Assembly (NCBI GenBank): GCA_041487875.1
Contig: JBGPOE010000008.1
Coordinates: forward strand, 8,449 to 72,448
Direction of reading: 5' to 3'
Source of the DNA: Gemmatimonadota bacterium
GTDB taxonomy: Bacteria > Gemmatimonadota > Gemmatimonadetes > Gemmatimonadales > GWC2-71-9
Length of the DNA: 64,000 bases
In this document: positions 18,681 through 28,913 of the stretch, one piece after another
How the letters are laid out: each line of letters begins with the position of its first letter
Position numbering within the stretch: the stretch's first letter is position 1
Made by a program: the position numbers and the translations under genes
Notes under the pieces: model-generated
Database searches by the model: none
Told to the model about the DNA's origin: nothing
The model's input: the letters and a program-made list of their open reading frames with translations, nothing else

Positions 18681-19172
18681 ATGCCAATCATCACGAGGAA
18701 GCAGCAGCAGACAGGCGACCCGATGCTCGACCTCCTGTACAACCTGGAGCGTCGCATGGGCCGCGTGTTCAGCGAGCCGTTCACCCTGTTCGACGTCCCG
18801 TCGCAGGCCCTGGCCGGCGCCTGGGCGCCGGTCGTGGACATCGTCGAGGAGCCCGACCTGATCAAGATCGTGGCCGAGATCCCCGGTGTGAAGCCCGAGG
18901 ACGTGCGGGTGAGCCTGGAGAACAACATCCTTACAATCGCCGGGATGAAGGAGCAGGTGGCCGAGGAGAAGGCCGAGAAGGTCCATCGCTATGAGCGGAC
19001 CTACGGCGAGTTCGTACGGACGTTCACGCTGCCCGCGACCGTGGAAGCGGGAAAGATCAAAGCGGTCGTGGAGCAGGGGCTCCTGACCCTGACGCTCCCC
19101 AAGAGCGAGCACGCGAAGCCCAAGTTCATCGAGATCGAGGTGGGCAAGGGCGTGAAAGGCCTCAAGGCCTGA
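18681..19172 (+). CDS. Hsp20/alpha-crystallin small heat-shock protein
   Basis: AGGAGG RBS; WAPVVDI.E, AEIPGV, ERTYGEF.RTFTLP, GLLTLTLPK. Confidence 0.95.
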   Translation: MPIITRKQQQTGDPMLDLLYNLERRMGRVFSEPFTLFDVPSQALAGAWAPVVDIVEEPDLIKIVAEIPGVKPEDVRVSLENNILTIAGMKEQVAEEKAEKVHRYERTYGEFVRTFTLPATVEAGKIKAVVEQGLLTLTLPKSEHAKPKFIEIEVGKGVKGLKA

Positions 19173-19196
19173 GCGCCGATCTCGCCGCACGAAACA

Positions 19197-19227
19197 GAGC
19201 CGGGGCCCGCGGTGCGGACCCCGGCTC
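19197..19227. terminator. Hairpin between convergent hsp20 and acnA
   Basis: GAGCCGGGG..CCCCGGCTC stem. Confidence 0.6.
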
Positions 19228-19240
19228 GATTGCGTTCAGC

Positions 19241-22006
19241 TCACTTTGCGAGTTGGCGCAGCACGTATTCGAGAATCCCGCCGTGGCGGTAGTACTGCAG
19301 CTCCTGCGGCGTGTCGATGCGCACCAGCGCGCGGAATTCGCGCGACGGGCCCTGCGGCGGTGTGACGCGAACCGTCGCGTCCTTGCCGCGCGGGAATCCC
19401 TCCGTGAGGACGGCGGCGAGCCCCGCGATGTCGTAGCGCTCCGTACCGGTGAGGCCGAGCGTTGCGACGCTTTGCCCCGCGGCGAACTGCAGCGGCAGGA
19501 TCCCCATCCCGACCAGGTTGGAGCGGTGAATGCGCTCGTAGCTCTGCGCGATCACCGCGCGCACGCCCAGGAGGCGCGGACCCTTGGCCGCCCAATCGCG
19601 TGACGACCCCGAGCCGTACTCCTTGCCCGCGAGCACGACCAGCGGCGTGCCCTCGGCAAAATACTTGAGCGACGCGTCGAAGATCGTCATCGCCTCGCCG
19701 TCCGGCAGGTGGACGCTTTGCGGGCCCTCGGTGCCAGGGGCGAGCAGATTCTTGAGCCGTACGTTGGCGAAGGTGCCGCGCACCATCACTTCGTGATTGC
19801 CGCGCCGCGCGCCATATGAATTGAAGTCGACGGGCTGCACGCCGTGCTCGATCAGGTACTGGCCGGCGGGGCTCGTCTTGCGGATCGATCCGGCGGGGGA
19901 GATGTGGTCGGTGGTGATGCTGTCGCCCAGGAGGCACAGCACGCGCGCGCCCGTGATGTCTTTGATCGGGCTGGGCACCGCGGGCATGCCGTCGAAATAC
20001 GGGGCGCGCCGGATGTAGGTGGAGTGCGGCTCCCACACGAACCGGTCGCCTTCGGGCATGGGCAGCGAGTTCCAGCGCTCGTCACCCGCGAACACATCGG
20101 CGTACGACTTGCGGAACATGGACGACTGGATGGCCCGGCGGACCATCTCGTCCACTTCCTTGGCGGTGGGCCACACGTCGCGCAGGAACACGGGCTGGCC
20201 GTCCTTGCCCGTGCCCAACGGCTGCGTGTGGAAGTCGATGTCGATACGCCCGGCCAGCGCGTACGCCACCACCAGCGGCGGCGACGCCAGATAATTGGCG
20301 CGCACCTCCTGCTGGATGCGGCCTTCGAAATTGCGGTTGCCCGACAAGACGGCGCAGGTCACGAGCTCGCCCGCCGCGATCGCCTGCGACACGGCCTCCG
20401 GCAGCGGCCCCGAATTTCCGATGCAGGTGGTGCAGCCGTAACCCACCAGATTGAACCGCAGGCGGTCGAGGTACTCCATCAAGCGGGCCTTCTGGAGGTA
20501 CTCGGTCACCACCTTGGAGCCGGGCGCGAGGCTCGTCTTCACCCACGGCTGGGTGGTGAGTCCCCGGTCGACGGCCTTCTTGGCGAGCAGGCCCGCGGCG
20601 ATCATCACCGACGGATTGGACGTGTTGGTGCAGCTCGTAATCGCCGCGATCACCACCGAGCCGTGGCGTAGCTGGTGCTCAACGTTGTCGAGGCGGAGGT
20701 TGACGTGCGTGGTCCGTGCGTTCGGCGCCGTCGCGACCGCCACGTGGCCGCCTTCTTCTTCCCAGCGCTTGGCGTTGGAGGGCGGCGCCACCGGCGAGGT
20801 CGCCTTCATGAGCGAAGGCAGATTGTCCAGGAAGTTCTTGCCCACGTCCTGCAGCGGCACGCGGTCCTGCGGCCGTCGTGGCCCCGCCATACTCGGCTCC
20901 ACCGTGCCGAGATCCAGGCCGAGCGTGTCGGAATACATGGGCTCCGGCGCGCCGGCGGTATGGAACAGGCCCTGCTCTTTCATATAGGCCTCGACCAGCG
21001 CGATCTGCTCCGGCGGCCGCCCGGTGAACTCGAGGTAGCGCAGCGTCTCCTGGTCCACGGGGAAAATGCCGACGGTGGCGCCGTACTCGGGCGCCATGTT
21101 GCCGATGGTGGCGCGGTCGGCGAGCGGCAGCGTGGCGACGCCCGGCCCGTAGAACTCCACGAACTTCCCCACCACGCCCTTCTGGCGCAGCAGCTGGGTC
21201 ACCGTGAGGACCAGATCCGTCGCGGTGGCACCTTCGGCGAGGCGCCCGGAGAGGCGGAACCCGACCACCTGCGGGATCAGCATCGACACCGGCTGGCCCA
21301 GCAACGCCGCCTCCGCCTCGATGCCGCCCACGCCCCAGCCGAGCACACCCAGGCCGTTGATCATCGTGGTGTGCGAGTCGGTGCCGACGAGCGTGTCGGG
21401 ATAGGCCTGCGGCGTCTTGCCCGCGGTGGTGAAGACGACGCGCGCCAGGTACTCGAGGTTCACCTGGTGCACGATGCCGGTGTCGGGCGGCACGACGCGG
21501 AAGCCCTCGAAGGTTTTCTGCGCCCAACGCAACAGGGCGTAGCGCTCACGGTTGCGCTCAAATTCCTTGTCGGCGTTGACCTGGAACGCGGTGACAGTGC
21601 CGAACTCGTCCACGATCACGGAGTGGTCGATCACCAGCTCGGCGGGCAGCAGCGGATTCACCTTCTTGGGGTCGCCGCCCATCTGCGCCATCGCGTCGCG
21701 CATGGCGGCGAGGTCCACCACCGCCGGCACGCCCGTGAAGTCCTGCATCAGCACGCGCGCCGGCATGAACGCGATCTCTTCGTTCGGCGTCTTCTTGGGG
21801 TCCCAGCGCACCAGGTTTTCGACGTCCTCCGTCCGGACGGTGCGACCGTCCTCCAGGCGGAGCAGGTTTTCGAGCAGGATACGCAGCGAGTAGGGCAGGC
21901 GCGCCACTGGCAGCCCGCGTTTTTCCAGGGCGTCGAGGCGGTAGATCTCGTACTCTCGGCCGCCCGCGCGCAGGGAGGCGCGGGCACCGAAGGAATTCTT
22001 GGTCAT
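19241..22006 (-). CDS. acnA: Aconitate hydratase A
   Basis: [52 protein letters not shown]. Confidence 0.98.
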   Translation of the reverse strand: MTKNSFGARASLRAGGREYEIYRLDALEKRGLPVARLPYSLRILLENLLRLEDGRTVRTEDVENLVRWDPKKTPNEEIAFMPARVLMQDFTGVPAVVDLAAMRDAMAQMGGDPKKVNPLLPAELVIDHSVIVDEFGTVTAFQVNADKEFERNRERYALLRWAQKTFEGFRVVPPDTGIVHQVNLEYLARVVFTTAGKTPQAYPDTLVGTDSHTTMINGLGVLGWGVGGIEAEAALLGQPVSMLIPQVVGFRLSGRLAEGATATDLVLTVTQLLRQKGVVGKFVEFYGPGVATLPLADRATIGNMAPEYGATVGIFPVDQETLRYLEFTGRPPEQIALVEAYMKEQGLFHTAGAPEPMYSDTLGLDLGTVEPSMAGPRRPQDRVPLQDVGKNFLDNLPSLMKATSPVAPPSNAKRWEEEGGHVAVATAPNARTTHVNLRLDNVEHQLRHGSVVIAAITSCTNTSNPSVMIAAGLLAKKAVDRGLTTQPWVKTSLAPGSKVVTEYLQKARLMEYLDRLRFNLVGYGCTTCIGNSGPLPEAVSQAIAAGELVTCAVLSGNRNFEGRIQQEVRANYLASPPLVVAYALAGRIDIDFHTQPLGTGKDGQPVFLRDVWPTAKEVDEMVRRAIQSSMFRKSYADVFAGDERWNSLPMPEGDRFVWEPHSTYIRRAPYFDGMPAVPSPIKDITGARVLCLLGDSITTDHISPAGSIRKTSPAGQYLIEHGVQPVDFNSYGARRGNHEVMVRGTFANVRLKNLLAPGTEGPQSVHLPDGEAMTIFDASLKYFAEGTPLVVLAGKEYGSGSSRDWAAKGPRLLGVRAVIAQSYERIHRSNLVGMGILPLQFAAGQSVATLGLTGTERYDIAGLAAVLTEGFPRGKDATVRVTPPQGPSREFRALVRIDTPQELQYYRHGGILEYVLRQLAK

Positions 22007-22380
22007 TCCACCACTTTCACGTCGTTCACGAAGTATTCGGTCTCACCGAAGCAGCTGGTGGGCACGCCCTTGTGCTGCTCGTAGTGCAGGGCCACGCGCT
22101 TGCCCAGCGACTGGTTGATGAGCCCCGCCACGGAATCGTTGCGTACCGTGAAGTAGAACTTCTCGGGCATCGAGCCCGGCACGGCGACCATCGCCAGCTC
22201 GCCTTCCCACGTCTTACAGAGCCATCCCTTGCGCGAGAATTTTTGCACGTAACCGGCGCGCTCACCGGAGGAATAGCTCCAGCTGAGGGCGGACCAGGTG
22301 TAGAGGACGAACAGCAGCAGCGGGGCGACGATCGCGGCCGCGATGATGAGCTTGGCTTTGCGGGAGAGAGTGAAGGTCAC
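22003..22380 (-). CDS. Conserved hypothetical membrane-anchored protein
   Basis: TM helix then [27 protein letters not shown]; stop overlaps acnA start. Confidence 0.75.
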   Translation of the reverse strand: MTFTLSRKAKLIIAAAIVAPLLLFVLYTWSALSWSYSSGERAGYVQKFSRKGWLCKTWEGELAMVAVPGSMPEKFYFTVRNDSVAGLINQSLGKRVALHYEQHKGVPTSCFGETEYFVNDVKVVE

Positions 22381-22415
22381 GACGAGAAGCTAATTGGGAA
22401 ATGTGAAATGCGGAA

Positions 22416-22919
22416 TCATCCGCTCGCCTCGTACTCCTCCGTCTTGTACACCGCGAAGCCCCGCGCCAGGTAATTGGGCAGTGCGTTGGGATGATCCAGG
22501 GTGCAGGTGTGCAGCCACACGCGCCGGGGCGCGAGCGCCCAGGCATCGCGCACGGCGCACGACAGGAGATACTTGCCGAATCCCTTGCCGAATTCCGCCG
22601 GCACGATGCCGAAGTAGGCGATCTCGACCGAGCCGTCGTCCGGGACCTGGCGCAACTCGTACCAGCCCGTGACGGCGCCGCCGCGGTGCGCCACGTGGAG
22701 CGAGATCTCCGGTTGGGCGAGATGCGCCGCGATTTCGGCGTCGGTCCAGTTCCAGCGGTCGCGCCAGCGGAAATCCGCGCCCACCGCGCGATAACACGCG
22801 CGGTACAGCGCGGGAGCGGGGTCGGCGACACGCTCGACCACGACGTCGGGAAACTCGCCGAGCGCGGGCCGGAACTGGCCGGGCTCCATCATCTGTACGT
22901 AGGTTCGCGTCGCTCGCAC
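22416..22919 (-). CDS. GNAT-family N-acetyltransferase
   Basis: EIAYFGIVPAEFGKGFGKYLL, VWLHTCTLDHPNALPNYLARGF; start uncertain. Confidence 0.85.
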   Translation of the reverse strand: MRATRTYVQMMEPGQFRPALGEFPDVVVERVADPAPALYRACYRAVGADFRWRDRWNWTDAEIAAHLAQPEISLHVAHRGGAVTGWYELRQVPDDGSVEIAYFGIVPAEFGKGFGKYLLSCAVRDAWALAPRRVWLHTCTLDHPNALPNYLARGFAVYKTEEYEASG

Positions 22920-22987
22920 CGTCTCCCCCGGTCTCCCGTCTCCCGTCGCCAGCGTATATCTTACCGCCGTCCCGCACACCACGAGCC

Positions 22988-23347
22988 ATGTTCGCCAACC
23001 GCACCGATGCCGTTCCGCTGCCGCTCGCCCTGCACCTCGCGAGCTACACCCTGATCGGCTTGTTCTGCGCGTTCGCCGGAGGCCTGAATCTCATCGACCC
23101 GGGCCACATCCTGCGCCTGGGCGTGCCGCTGCTCGTGTGGGCGGGGTTCAGCTGGGGGTACGTGTTCGGCGTGCTGATGGGCCGTAAGGAAGTGGTGGGA
23201 CTGGGCTTCGCCGCGAGCGGCGCGTACGTAGTGGCGGGCCTCCTCAAGTTCTCCGGCGACTGGCGGCTGGGTGCGTTGCTGGTCGCCGTGGGCCTGTACG
23301 GGTTGGGCGTCCTCGCCGCCTACCGCCGCCGCATCGTCGCAGCGTAA
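22988..23347 (+). CDS. Hypothetical membrane protein (about 4 TM)
   Basis: Hydrophobic ORF filling the gap between neighbouring genes. Confidence 0.6.
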   Translation: MFANRTDAVPLPLALHLASYTLIGLFCAFAGGLNLIDPGHILRLGVPLLVWAGFSWGYVFGVLMGRKEVVGLGFAASGAYVVAGLLKFSGDWRLGALLVAVGLYGLGVLAAYRRRIVAA

Positions 23348-23360
23348 GCACGCAGCCGCT

Positions 23361-25286
23361 TCAGCCGATCATGCCCTCCGTCTCGACGCGCTCGGGCGCG
23401 GCCGGCAGCTCGACCACAAACCGCGCGCCGCCCAGCTCCTCGGAATCCTCCAGCCACAGTTTGCCGCCCACCTCGCTCACCACGCGCTGACAGATCGCGA
23501 GCCCGAGCCCCGACCCTTCGTCGGGTCCCTTCGTGGTGAAGAACGGATCGAAAATGCGCTGGCGGATCTCGCGCGGCACGCCCGGCCCCGAGTCCTCGAC
23601 GGTCAGGCGCACCCAGCCGGCGCGTGCCGCCGTCTGCAGCTGAATCACCGCGGGCGTCCGACCGCGCACGGCATGCTCCGCGTTGGTGACGAGGTTAATC
23701 ACCACCTGCTGCAGCTCCTGGCCCAGCCCCAGCACGGCGGGCGCTGCCTGGTCGAGCCGCACGACCAGGTCCACACTGTCCGCCTTGAGCACCCGCTGGC
23801 GAATCTCGCCCACGTCACGCACCAGGTCGTTGATCTGCACGCGGACGGGCGTGGTATCGGCACGGCGCGCCAGGCGCAGCAGGCTGCGGACGATGCGCGC
23901 GGCGCGGTCCACCTCGCGCACGATCAGCGATGTTGCGGCATCGGTTTCCGCGTCCTTGTGACTGCGCGACAGCAGCTCGGCCTCCATGCGGATGGCGGTG
24001 AGCGGATTGTTCACTTCGTGCGCCACGCCGCTCGCGATCTCACCCACCGTGGCGAGCTTCTCGCGCGCGATGAGCTCACGCTGGGACCGCAGCTCGTCGG
24101 TGCGGTCGTACAGGGCGACCAGCAGGTCCTTGGAGCCGAGGCCGGCGAGGTCGGTCACCGTACAATCGCACAGGCGGCGATCGCCGTCGGGGCGAGTGAC
24201 CAGCACCCGGCCATGCCACGGCGTGCCCTCCTGCGCGTGCGCCAGTACGAGGCGCAGCGTGATCTGGCTGGGAGACAAGCCGAGCGCCTCGAGCGGGCGG
24301 TCGAGCCCCGCGTCGCCCGCGGCCAAGCCGAACAGGGTGCGCGCCGCCTCGTTGAGCTGCTGCACGGTGCCGTTGGGCACGACCAGCGCCATCGGCAGCG
24401 GGCTGCCGCTGACCATCGCGTGGGCGCGCTGCGCCGCCGCCCGTGTGTCCGCCACGGCCTGTGACAGCTCGATGCCGCCGGCGATGTGCGCCGCCACGGC
24501 GGTGAGGTAGTGCAGGTCGGCCAGGCTGAACGGCCGTGGCTCCGCGCCGCCCGCATCGAGGTAGCGAATCACCCCGACCGCCCCGATCACGCCGTGCGAC
24601 GTCTGCAGGGGCGCCAACATGGCCGCCCGCGCATCGGGCGCGAGCGCCGCCGCGTTGGGGTGGGTGTCCGGCTCGGCCACGAGGTTTTCGGTCACGATCG
24701 GCTGCCCGGTGCGGGTCACGCGGCCGGTGGCGCTCGAATCGATGGGAAAGGTGACGTTCTTGAAGTCCTCCGCTCGGCCCACCGCCGTGGCCACGCGCAG
24801 CGGCCCGTCACCGTCCCGCAGCGCCACGTAGGCGCCCTGCGCTTCGACCAGCTTGGTGAGGGACATCAGCGTGTAACGCAGCAGCAGGTCGGTCTCGGGC
24901 GCGGCGAGCAGCCAGCGCGACAGCTCGACCAGAAAGGTGCCCAACCGCCGCTCGCGCTCCAGCGCCGTGCGCCGTCCCACCAGCACGGCGAGCTGGTTCG
25001 CCACCTCGATCTCCGCACGCAGCTCGGGGATCGGCAGGCCCGTCGGCGCGCCGGTCATCACTAGCTCCACCCGGCGCCCTTCGGCATCGGTGACCGTGAG
25101 CATTTCGACGTCGCCCACATGCGACGGGCCGCCCGCCGTGACTTCGCCGCTGTCGTTCAAGCCGGTGTAGCGCAGGCGGATGCCCGCCCCGCCTGCCCGG
25201 TCACTCAGAATCTGGGCCACCCGCTCCCAATACTCGCGCGGCGTTTGCGCATCGCCCACCTTGGCGAGCAGCTCAGCGATAGGCAT
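23361..25286 (-). CDS. GAF/PAS sensor histidine kinase (NtrB-like)
   Basis: H-box GVAHEVNNPL, N-box NLVTNA, DSGPG, IFDPFFTTK, GSGLGL. Confidence 0.93.
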   Translation of the reverse strand: MPIAELLAKVGDAQTPREYWERVAQILSDRAGGAGIRLRYTGLNDSGEVTAGGPSHVGDVEMLTVTDAEGRRVELVMTGAPTGLPIPELRAEIEVANQLAVLVGRRTALERERRLGTFLVELSRWLLAAPETDLLLRYTLMSLTKLVEAQGAYVALRDGDGPLRVATAVGRAEDFKNVTFPIDSSATGRVTRTGQPIVTENLVAEPDTHPNAAALAPDARAAMLAPLQTSHGVIGAVGVIRYLDAGGAEPRPFSLADLHYLTAVAAHIAGGIELSQAVADTRAAAQRAHAMVSGSPLPMALVVPNGTVQQLNEAARTLFGLAAGDAGLDRPLEALGLSPSQITLRLVLAHAQEGTPWHGRVLVTRPDGDRRLCDCTVTDLAGLGSKDLLVALYDRTDELRSQRELIAREKLATVGEIASGVAHEVNNPLTAIRMEAELLSRSHKDAETDAATSLIVREVDRAARIVRSLLRLARRADTTPVRVQINDLVRDVGEIRQRVLKADSVDLVVRLDQAAPAVLGLGQELQQVVINLVTNAEHAVRGRTPAVIQLQTAARAGWVRLTVEDSGPGVPREIRQRIFDPFFTTKGPDEGSGLGLAICQRVVSEVGGKLWLEDSEELGGARFVVELPAAPERVETEGMIG

Positions 25287-25333
25287 ACACCAAACTACGT
25301 CAAGCGCAGGCGGCAAGCGAAGGCGTCAAGCAA

Positions 25334-26590
25334 TTATGTACGAATGGCTCCCGGGAACTTGGCGGGATCGGCGGCGTGGCCTGGAAACACCGCAGCGAGG
25401 TCGGCGCCGCCCAGGTGCCGCGCCACGACTTCACCGAACAAATCGCGGAAGTCGGTGGTGACGGCGACGTCACGGCCCTCGAATCGCGCCGCCGGATCGA
25501 GTCCCGGCCAGCGCCCCAGCATCTTGCCGCCGTTCACGGCGCCGCCGAGCAGCAGCATCGCGGTCGCGTGTCCGTGGTCGGTGCCGCTGTTACCGTTCTC
25601 GTGGATGGTGCGGCCGAACTCCGACATCGTCAGCACCACGACGTCGCGCATCGTCTCGCCCAGGTCGGTGGCGAACGCGGCGAGCGCGCCGCCCAATTCC
25701 TGCAGGCGCGCGGCGAGCTGCCCATCGCTCGCCCCCTGGTTCACGTGCGTGTCCCAGCCCGTGGCATCCAAGAAAGCGATCTGCAAGCCCACGTTCGCCT
25801 TGATCAGCTGCGCCACCCGCAGCAGCGCACGGCCGATCCGCCCGCGAGGATACGCGGCGCCATTACCGGGCCGATACTGCGTGGGGTTCGCCTGACGCAG
25901 CTGCTGCACCGCCTCGAACCCCTCCTGCGACGAGCTCGCGAGCAGGCCCGTGGCGGCGCCCTCGTACAGCGCCTCGAAGGCGCGGGTGAGTTTGTCGCGC
26001 GCGGCGTCCTGCGGCGCCCGCAACCCGAACGCCTGCAAGTCGTCGATGGCGAGCGCGGGCGCCGAGCCCGCGAGCGCGCGCGGCAGCTCGGGCCCGAACG
26101 CCACCGCGCGGAACGCGCCGGTCTGATGCTCCTGGTCGTGGCGGCAGTAGCGGTTGAGCCAGCCGTCGGTCGTGGCCTTCACGCCCGGCGTGCCCGACTC
26201 CATGTAGTCCTGGGCGTCGAAATGGCTGCGGGTCGAGTCGGGTGACCCGACGGCGTGAATCGCAGCCATGGTCTTGTCGTCCCAGAAACGCTTCAGCGGG
26301 GCGAGCGCCGGGTGCAGGCCGAAGTGCCCGTCCAGGTCGATCACGTCGTGCCGCGGCACCGCGATGCGCGGCCGCTCCGCATAGTACGCCGCTTCGCCGT
26401 GCGGCACGATCATGTTGAGCCCGTCCACGGCGCCGCGTTGGAAGAGGCAGACGAGAACCTTGTGGTCGGGCGAGGTCGGGCGAGGACGGGCGAGGGCGTA
26501 GGCAGCCCGGCCCAAGAACAGCGGATCGAACCCCAGACTGAAGAGCGCAATCCCACCGGACTTCACGAACACGCGTCTTGTGATGGTCAT
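25334..26590 (-). CDS. DUF1501 family Tat-exported protein
   Basis: TRRVFVK Tat signal; FQRGAVDGLN, RSHFDAQD, WDTHVNQ, SEFGRT..N...GTDHG. Confidence 0.9.
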   Translation of the reverse strand: MTITRRVFVKSGGIALFSLGFDPLFLGRAAYALARPRPTSPDHKVLVCLFQRGAVDGLNMIVPHGEAAYYAERPRIAVPRHDVIDLDGHFGLHPALAPLKRFWDDKTMAAIHAVGSPDSTRSHFDAQDYMESGTPGVKATTDGWLNRYCRHDQEHQTGAFRAVAFGPELPRALAGSAPALAIDDLQAFGLRAPQDAARDKLTRAFEALYEGAATGLLASSSQEGFEAVQQLRQANPTQYRPGNGAAYPRGRIGRALLRVAQLIKANVGLQIAFLDATGWDTHVNQGASDGQLAARLQELGGALAAFATDLGETMRDVVVLTMSEFGRTIHENGNSGTDHGHATAMLLLGGAVNGGKMLGRWPGLDPAARFEGRDVAVTTDFRDLFGEVVARHLGGADLAAVFPGHAADPAKFPGAIRT

Positions 26591-26637
26591 GGTGACTCCT
26601 CGCCCGACCTTGTCCGACTTCGTCCGACCTCGCCCGC
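26466..26637. repeat. Inverted 10-nt tandem repeats bracketing the DUF1501 start
   Basis: (TCGGGCGAGG)x3 at 26466-26495 versus (CCTCGCCCGA-like)x4 at 26598-26637. Confidence 0.8.
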
Positions 26638-26639
26638 CG

Positions 26640-28271
26640 TCATTGCTTCTGGAACTCCGGTCCGCCGAGTGCCAACCCGATCGCGAGATTGCGCCGCGCC
26701 ACCGGATCGGCCACGTCGGCGAGCTGCTGCGTGATCACGGCCCGCGTGTGGGCGGACATCGCGCCGCCGAGCATGCGCCGGTCGATCGCGTCGAGCAAAG
26801 CGGCGACGTCGAGACTCGGGGGAACGAGCGTGTCGAGTGCCACGGTGACGCCCGGCAGCCGGCCGGCCGCGAGGCCCACGGACGCGTTCATGCGCGCGAG
26901 TAAGGCGCCCGAGTTGACCCAATCGTCCTGGCGCTCGGGGTAGCCGTCGGGCGCCACGTGCAGGTACAACGGCTCACCCAGCCGCGCCACCACCTGCGCG
27001 AGCCGCAGCGTGGTGTCGGGATCCGCGCCCGTGGCGCGCACGGCGCTCACCACGAACTCGAGCGGCGTCTTGACCTTGTTGGCGACGTTCTGCGGCGCCC
27101 AGAAATCGGGGCCGTGGAAGATGGCGTGCAGCACCGCGCGGATGTCGCCGTCGCTGCGCTGCCACGCCGCCACCGCGTCGTCCACGCAGCCGTCGGGCGG
27201 GTCGTCCGCGACGAAACGCGCGCACAGCTGGTGCGCCACGTGGTGCATGGTGGCGTGCGCGCGCGCCAGCAGGTGCAACAGGCGCATCCCTTCGTCTTCG
27301 CCGTGGCCCGCGGGGAAGGTGTCGCCCAGGGCCACCTTCGCGCCGCGGTCGTGCGCCCAATCGTGATACGCGAATGCGCCGCCCTGTTGCGGCCGTTCGA
27401 TTCCCCAGCCCGTGAGAATCCGCGCGACGGCGATCACGTCCGCCTGCGTATAACCGCCGTCGACGCCCACGGTGTGCAGCTCCAGCAGCTCACGCGCGTA
27501 GTTCTCGTTGATGCCCTGGGGCATGCGCGCAGCCAGCTCCGGCCGGCGCACGAGGGCGCGCGCGAATTGCGGCGGCTGGGACCCCGGCGCCACGCTCTGC
27601 CAGTTATCGAGGTAGAACATCATCGCCGAGCTCCGCGCCGTGGCGACGAGCAGGTCTTCGAATTTTCCCAGCGCGTGCGGACGGATGACGTGCTCGATGT
27701 AGTCGGGCAGGAGGAAGCGGTCGGCGCCTTTGCCGAAGAAGACGTTGAAGTGATTGCTCCAGAAATCGACCATCACTTCCTGGAGCTGCCGCTCCGACAC
27801 GGCGGCGCGCATCACGGCGAGCTGTTGCAGCTCGCCCGCGAGCCGGCGGGCGCGCAGGGCCGCGGGCGTCTGATCGGTCGCGTCCGCGTTCAGCCCTGGG
27901 CGCATCGTCGAGTCGGCGCCCGCGTCCCGCTGGCGCTCGCGGCGCGCGCGCTGGGCGTCGAGATAGGCGCGGGCGAGGTCGTCGCGCGACATCGCGAGCA
28001 GAGGAAAGCCACGCTCACGCAGGGCCAGCGCGTGATCGTCGAGGCGATCGGGGGCGAGCTGCTGATCGATCCACCGCAGCGTGCCCATGGCGGCGACTCG
28101 ATCGACGTCGCCGGGCCGCGGGCCGTACGCCAGCCGGTTCAAGGCGTGCAGCGCCGAGTCGCGGGGGGAGAGGGACTGGGCGGCTAGCGGGCTAGACGGC
28201 TGGGCGGCCAGTGACATCACTAGAGCCGCCACACCAGCCGCCCAGCTGCCTAGTTGCCTGTCGTTGCGCAT
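26640..28271 (-). CDS. DUF1800 family protein
   Basis: HALNRLAYGPRPG, FWSNHFNV, NENYARELLELHTVG, KVKTPLE, PEFQ; adjacent to DUF1501. Confidence 0.92.
   Translation of the reverse strand: MRNDRQLGSWAAGVAALVMSLAAQPSSPLAAQSLSPRDSALHALNRLAYGPRPGDVDRVAAMGTLRWIDQQLAPDRLDDHALALRERGFPLLAMSRDDLARAYLDAQRARRERQRDAGADSTMRPGLNADATDQTPAALRARRLAGELQQLAVMRAAVSERQLQEVMVDFWSNHFNVFFGKGADRFLLPDYIEHVIRPHALGKFEDLLVATARSSAMMFYLDNWQSVAPGSQPPQFARALVRRPELAARMPQGINENYARELLELHTVGVDGGYTQADVIAVARILTGWGIERPQQGGAFAYHDWAHDRGAKVALGDTFPAGHGEDEGMRLLHLLARAHATMHHVAHQLCARFVADDPPDGCVDDAVAAWQRSDGDIRAVLHAIFHGPDFWAPQNVANKVKTPLEFVVSAVRATGADPDTTLRLAQVVARLGEPLYLHVAPDGYPERQDDWVNSGALLARMNASVGLAAGRLPGVTVALDTLVPPSLDVAALLDAIDRRMLGGAMSAHTRAVITQQLADVADPVARRNLAIGLALGGPEFQKQ
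28176..28260. repeat. Inverted 8-nt tandem repeats in the DUF1800 signal-peptide region
   Basis: CTGGGCGG/CTAGCGGG/CTAGACGG/CTGGGCGG opposed by CCGCCCAG/CTGCCTAG. Confidence 0.6.
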
Positions 28272-28303
28272 ATGCCCATCCTGACGCGCCTGCGCACGGA
28301 AAG

Positions 28304-28540
28304 TTAAGACTCCTGCTCCAGACGCCGGCGCGCCCAGGCGAGTCCCCGCGGTCCCACGTTCTCCGGGTGATGGACGCGCCAGCGCGCGATCGCCAGCTCG
28401 TGCTCGGCGTCCGACAGCTCGCCCGCGACCATCGCGAGCACGTCGCCGATGCCGGGCGCGCGCTCGAACGACTCCGCGTACGGGCAGCCGCCCGGCCCGG
28501 CGGCCAGGTCCGCGCCGCACACGTCGCAGTGCCGGCTCAC
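28304..28540 (-). CDS. Small hypothetical protein with HCxxC..CP motif
   Basis: GTG start overlaps the stop of the ArsC-like gene; 78 aa. Confidence 0.5.
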   Translation of the reverse strand: MSRHCDVCGADLAAGPGGCPYAESFERAPGIGDVLAMVAGELSDAEHELAIARWRVHHPENVGPRGLAWARRRLEQES

Positions 28541-28878
28541 CGCCAGCCGCTCCACGTCTCGCTCGCCGGACCGATGGTGAGCTGCTGCTGGCAGCGCACC
28601 AAGGGCATGCGCAGCAGCAAGGGCTCGACGGTGAGCTTCTCGAGCCACCGCTCGTCGGAGAGTCGCGCCGCGCCGAGACCCAGCTCGGTGAAGCGGCGTG
28701 AATCGCGGTCGACGAGCGCGGCCACGCCGAACTTCTGCGCGAAGCGCCGCAGCTCCCCCAGCGCCGCGGGCCGCTCGTTCAGGTCCACGAAGTGGGTCTT
28801 GATGCGGCGCTCGGCAAAGAACCGCAGGGCGGCGCGGGTGTCCGCGCTCGTCTTGATGCCGAAGATCTGGACCTCCAT
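28537..28878 (-). CDS. ArsC/Spx/YffB family protein
   Basis: VQIFG....DTRAALRFF, ELRRFAQKFG..AL.D, PLLLRMPLVR. Confidence 0.85.
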   Translation of the reverse strand: MEVQIFGIKTSADTRAALRFFAERRIKTHFVDLNERPAALGELRRFAQKFGVAALVDRDSRRFTELGLGAARLSDERWLEKLTVEPLLLRMPLVRCQQQLTIGPASETWSGWR

Positions 28879-28913
28879 CACAACCCAAGCTAGCGTTCTC
28901 CGCGCCGCCCGCT

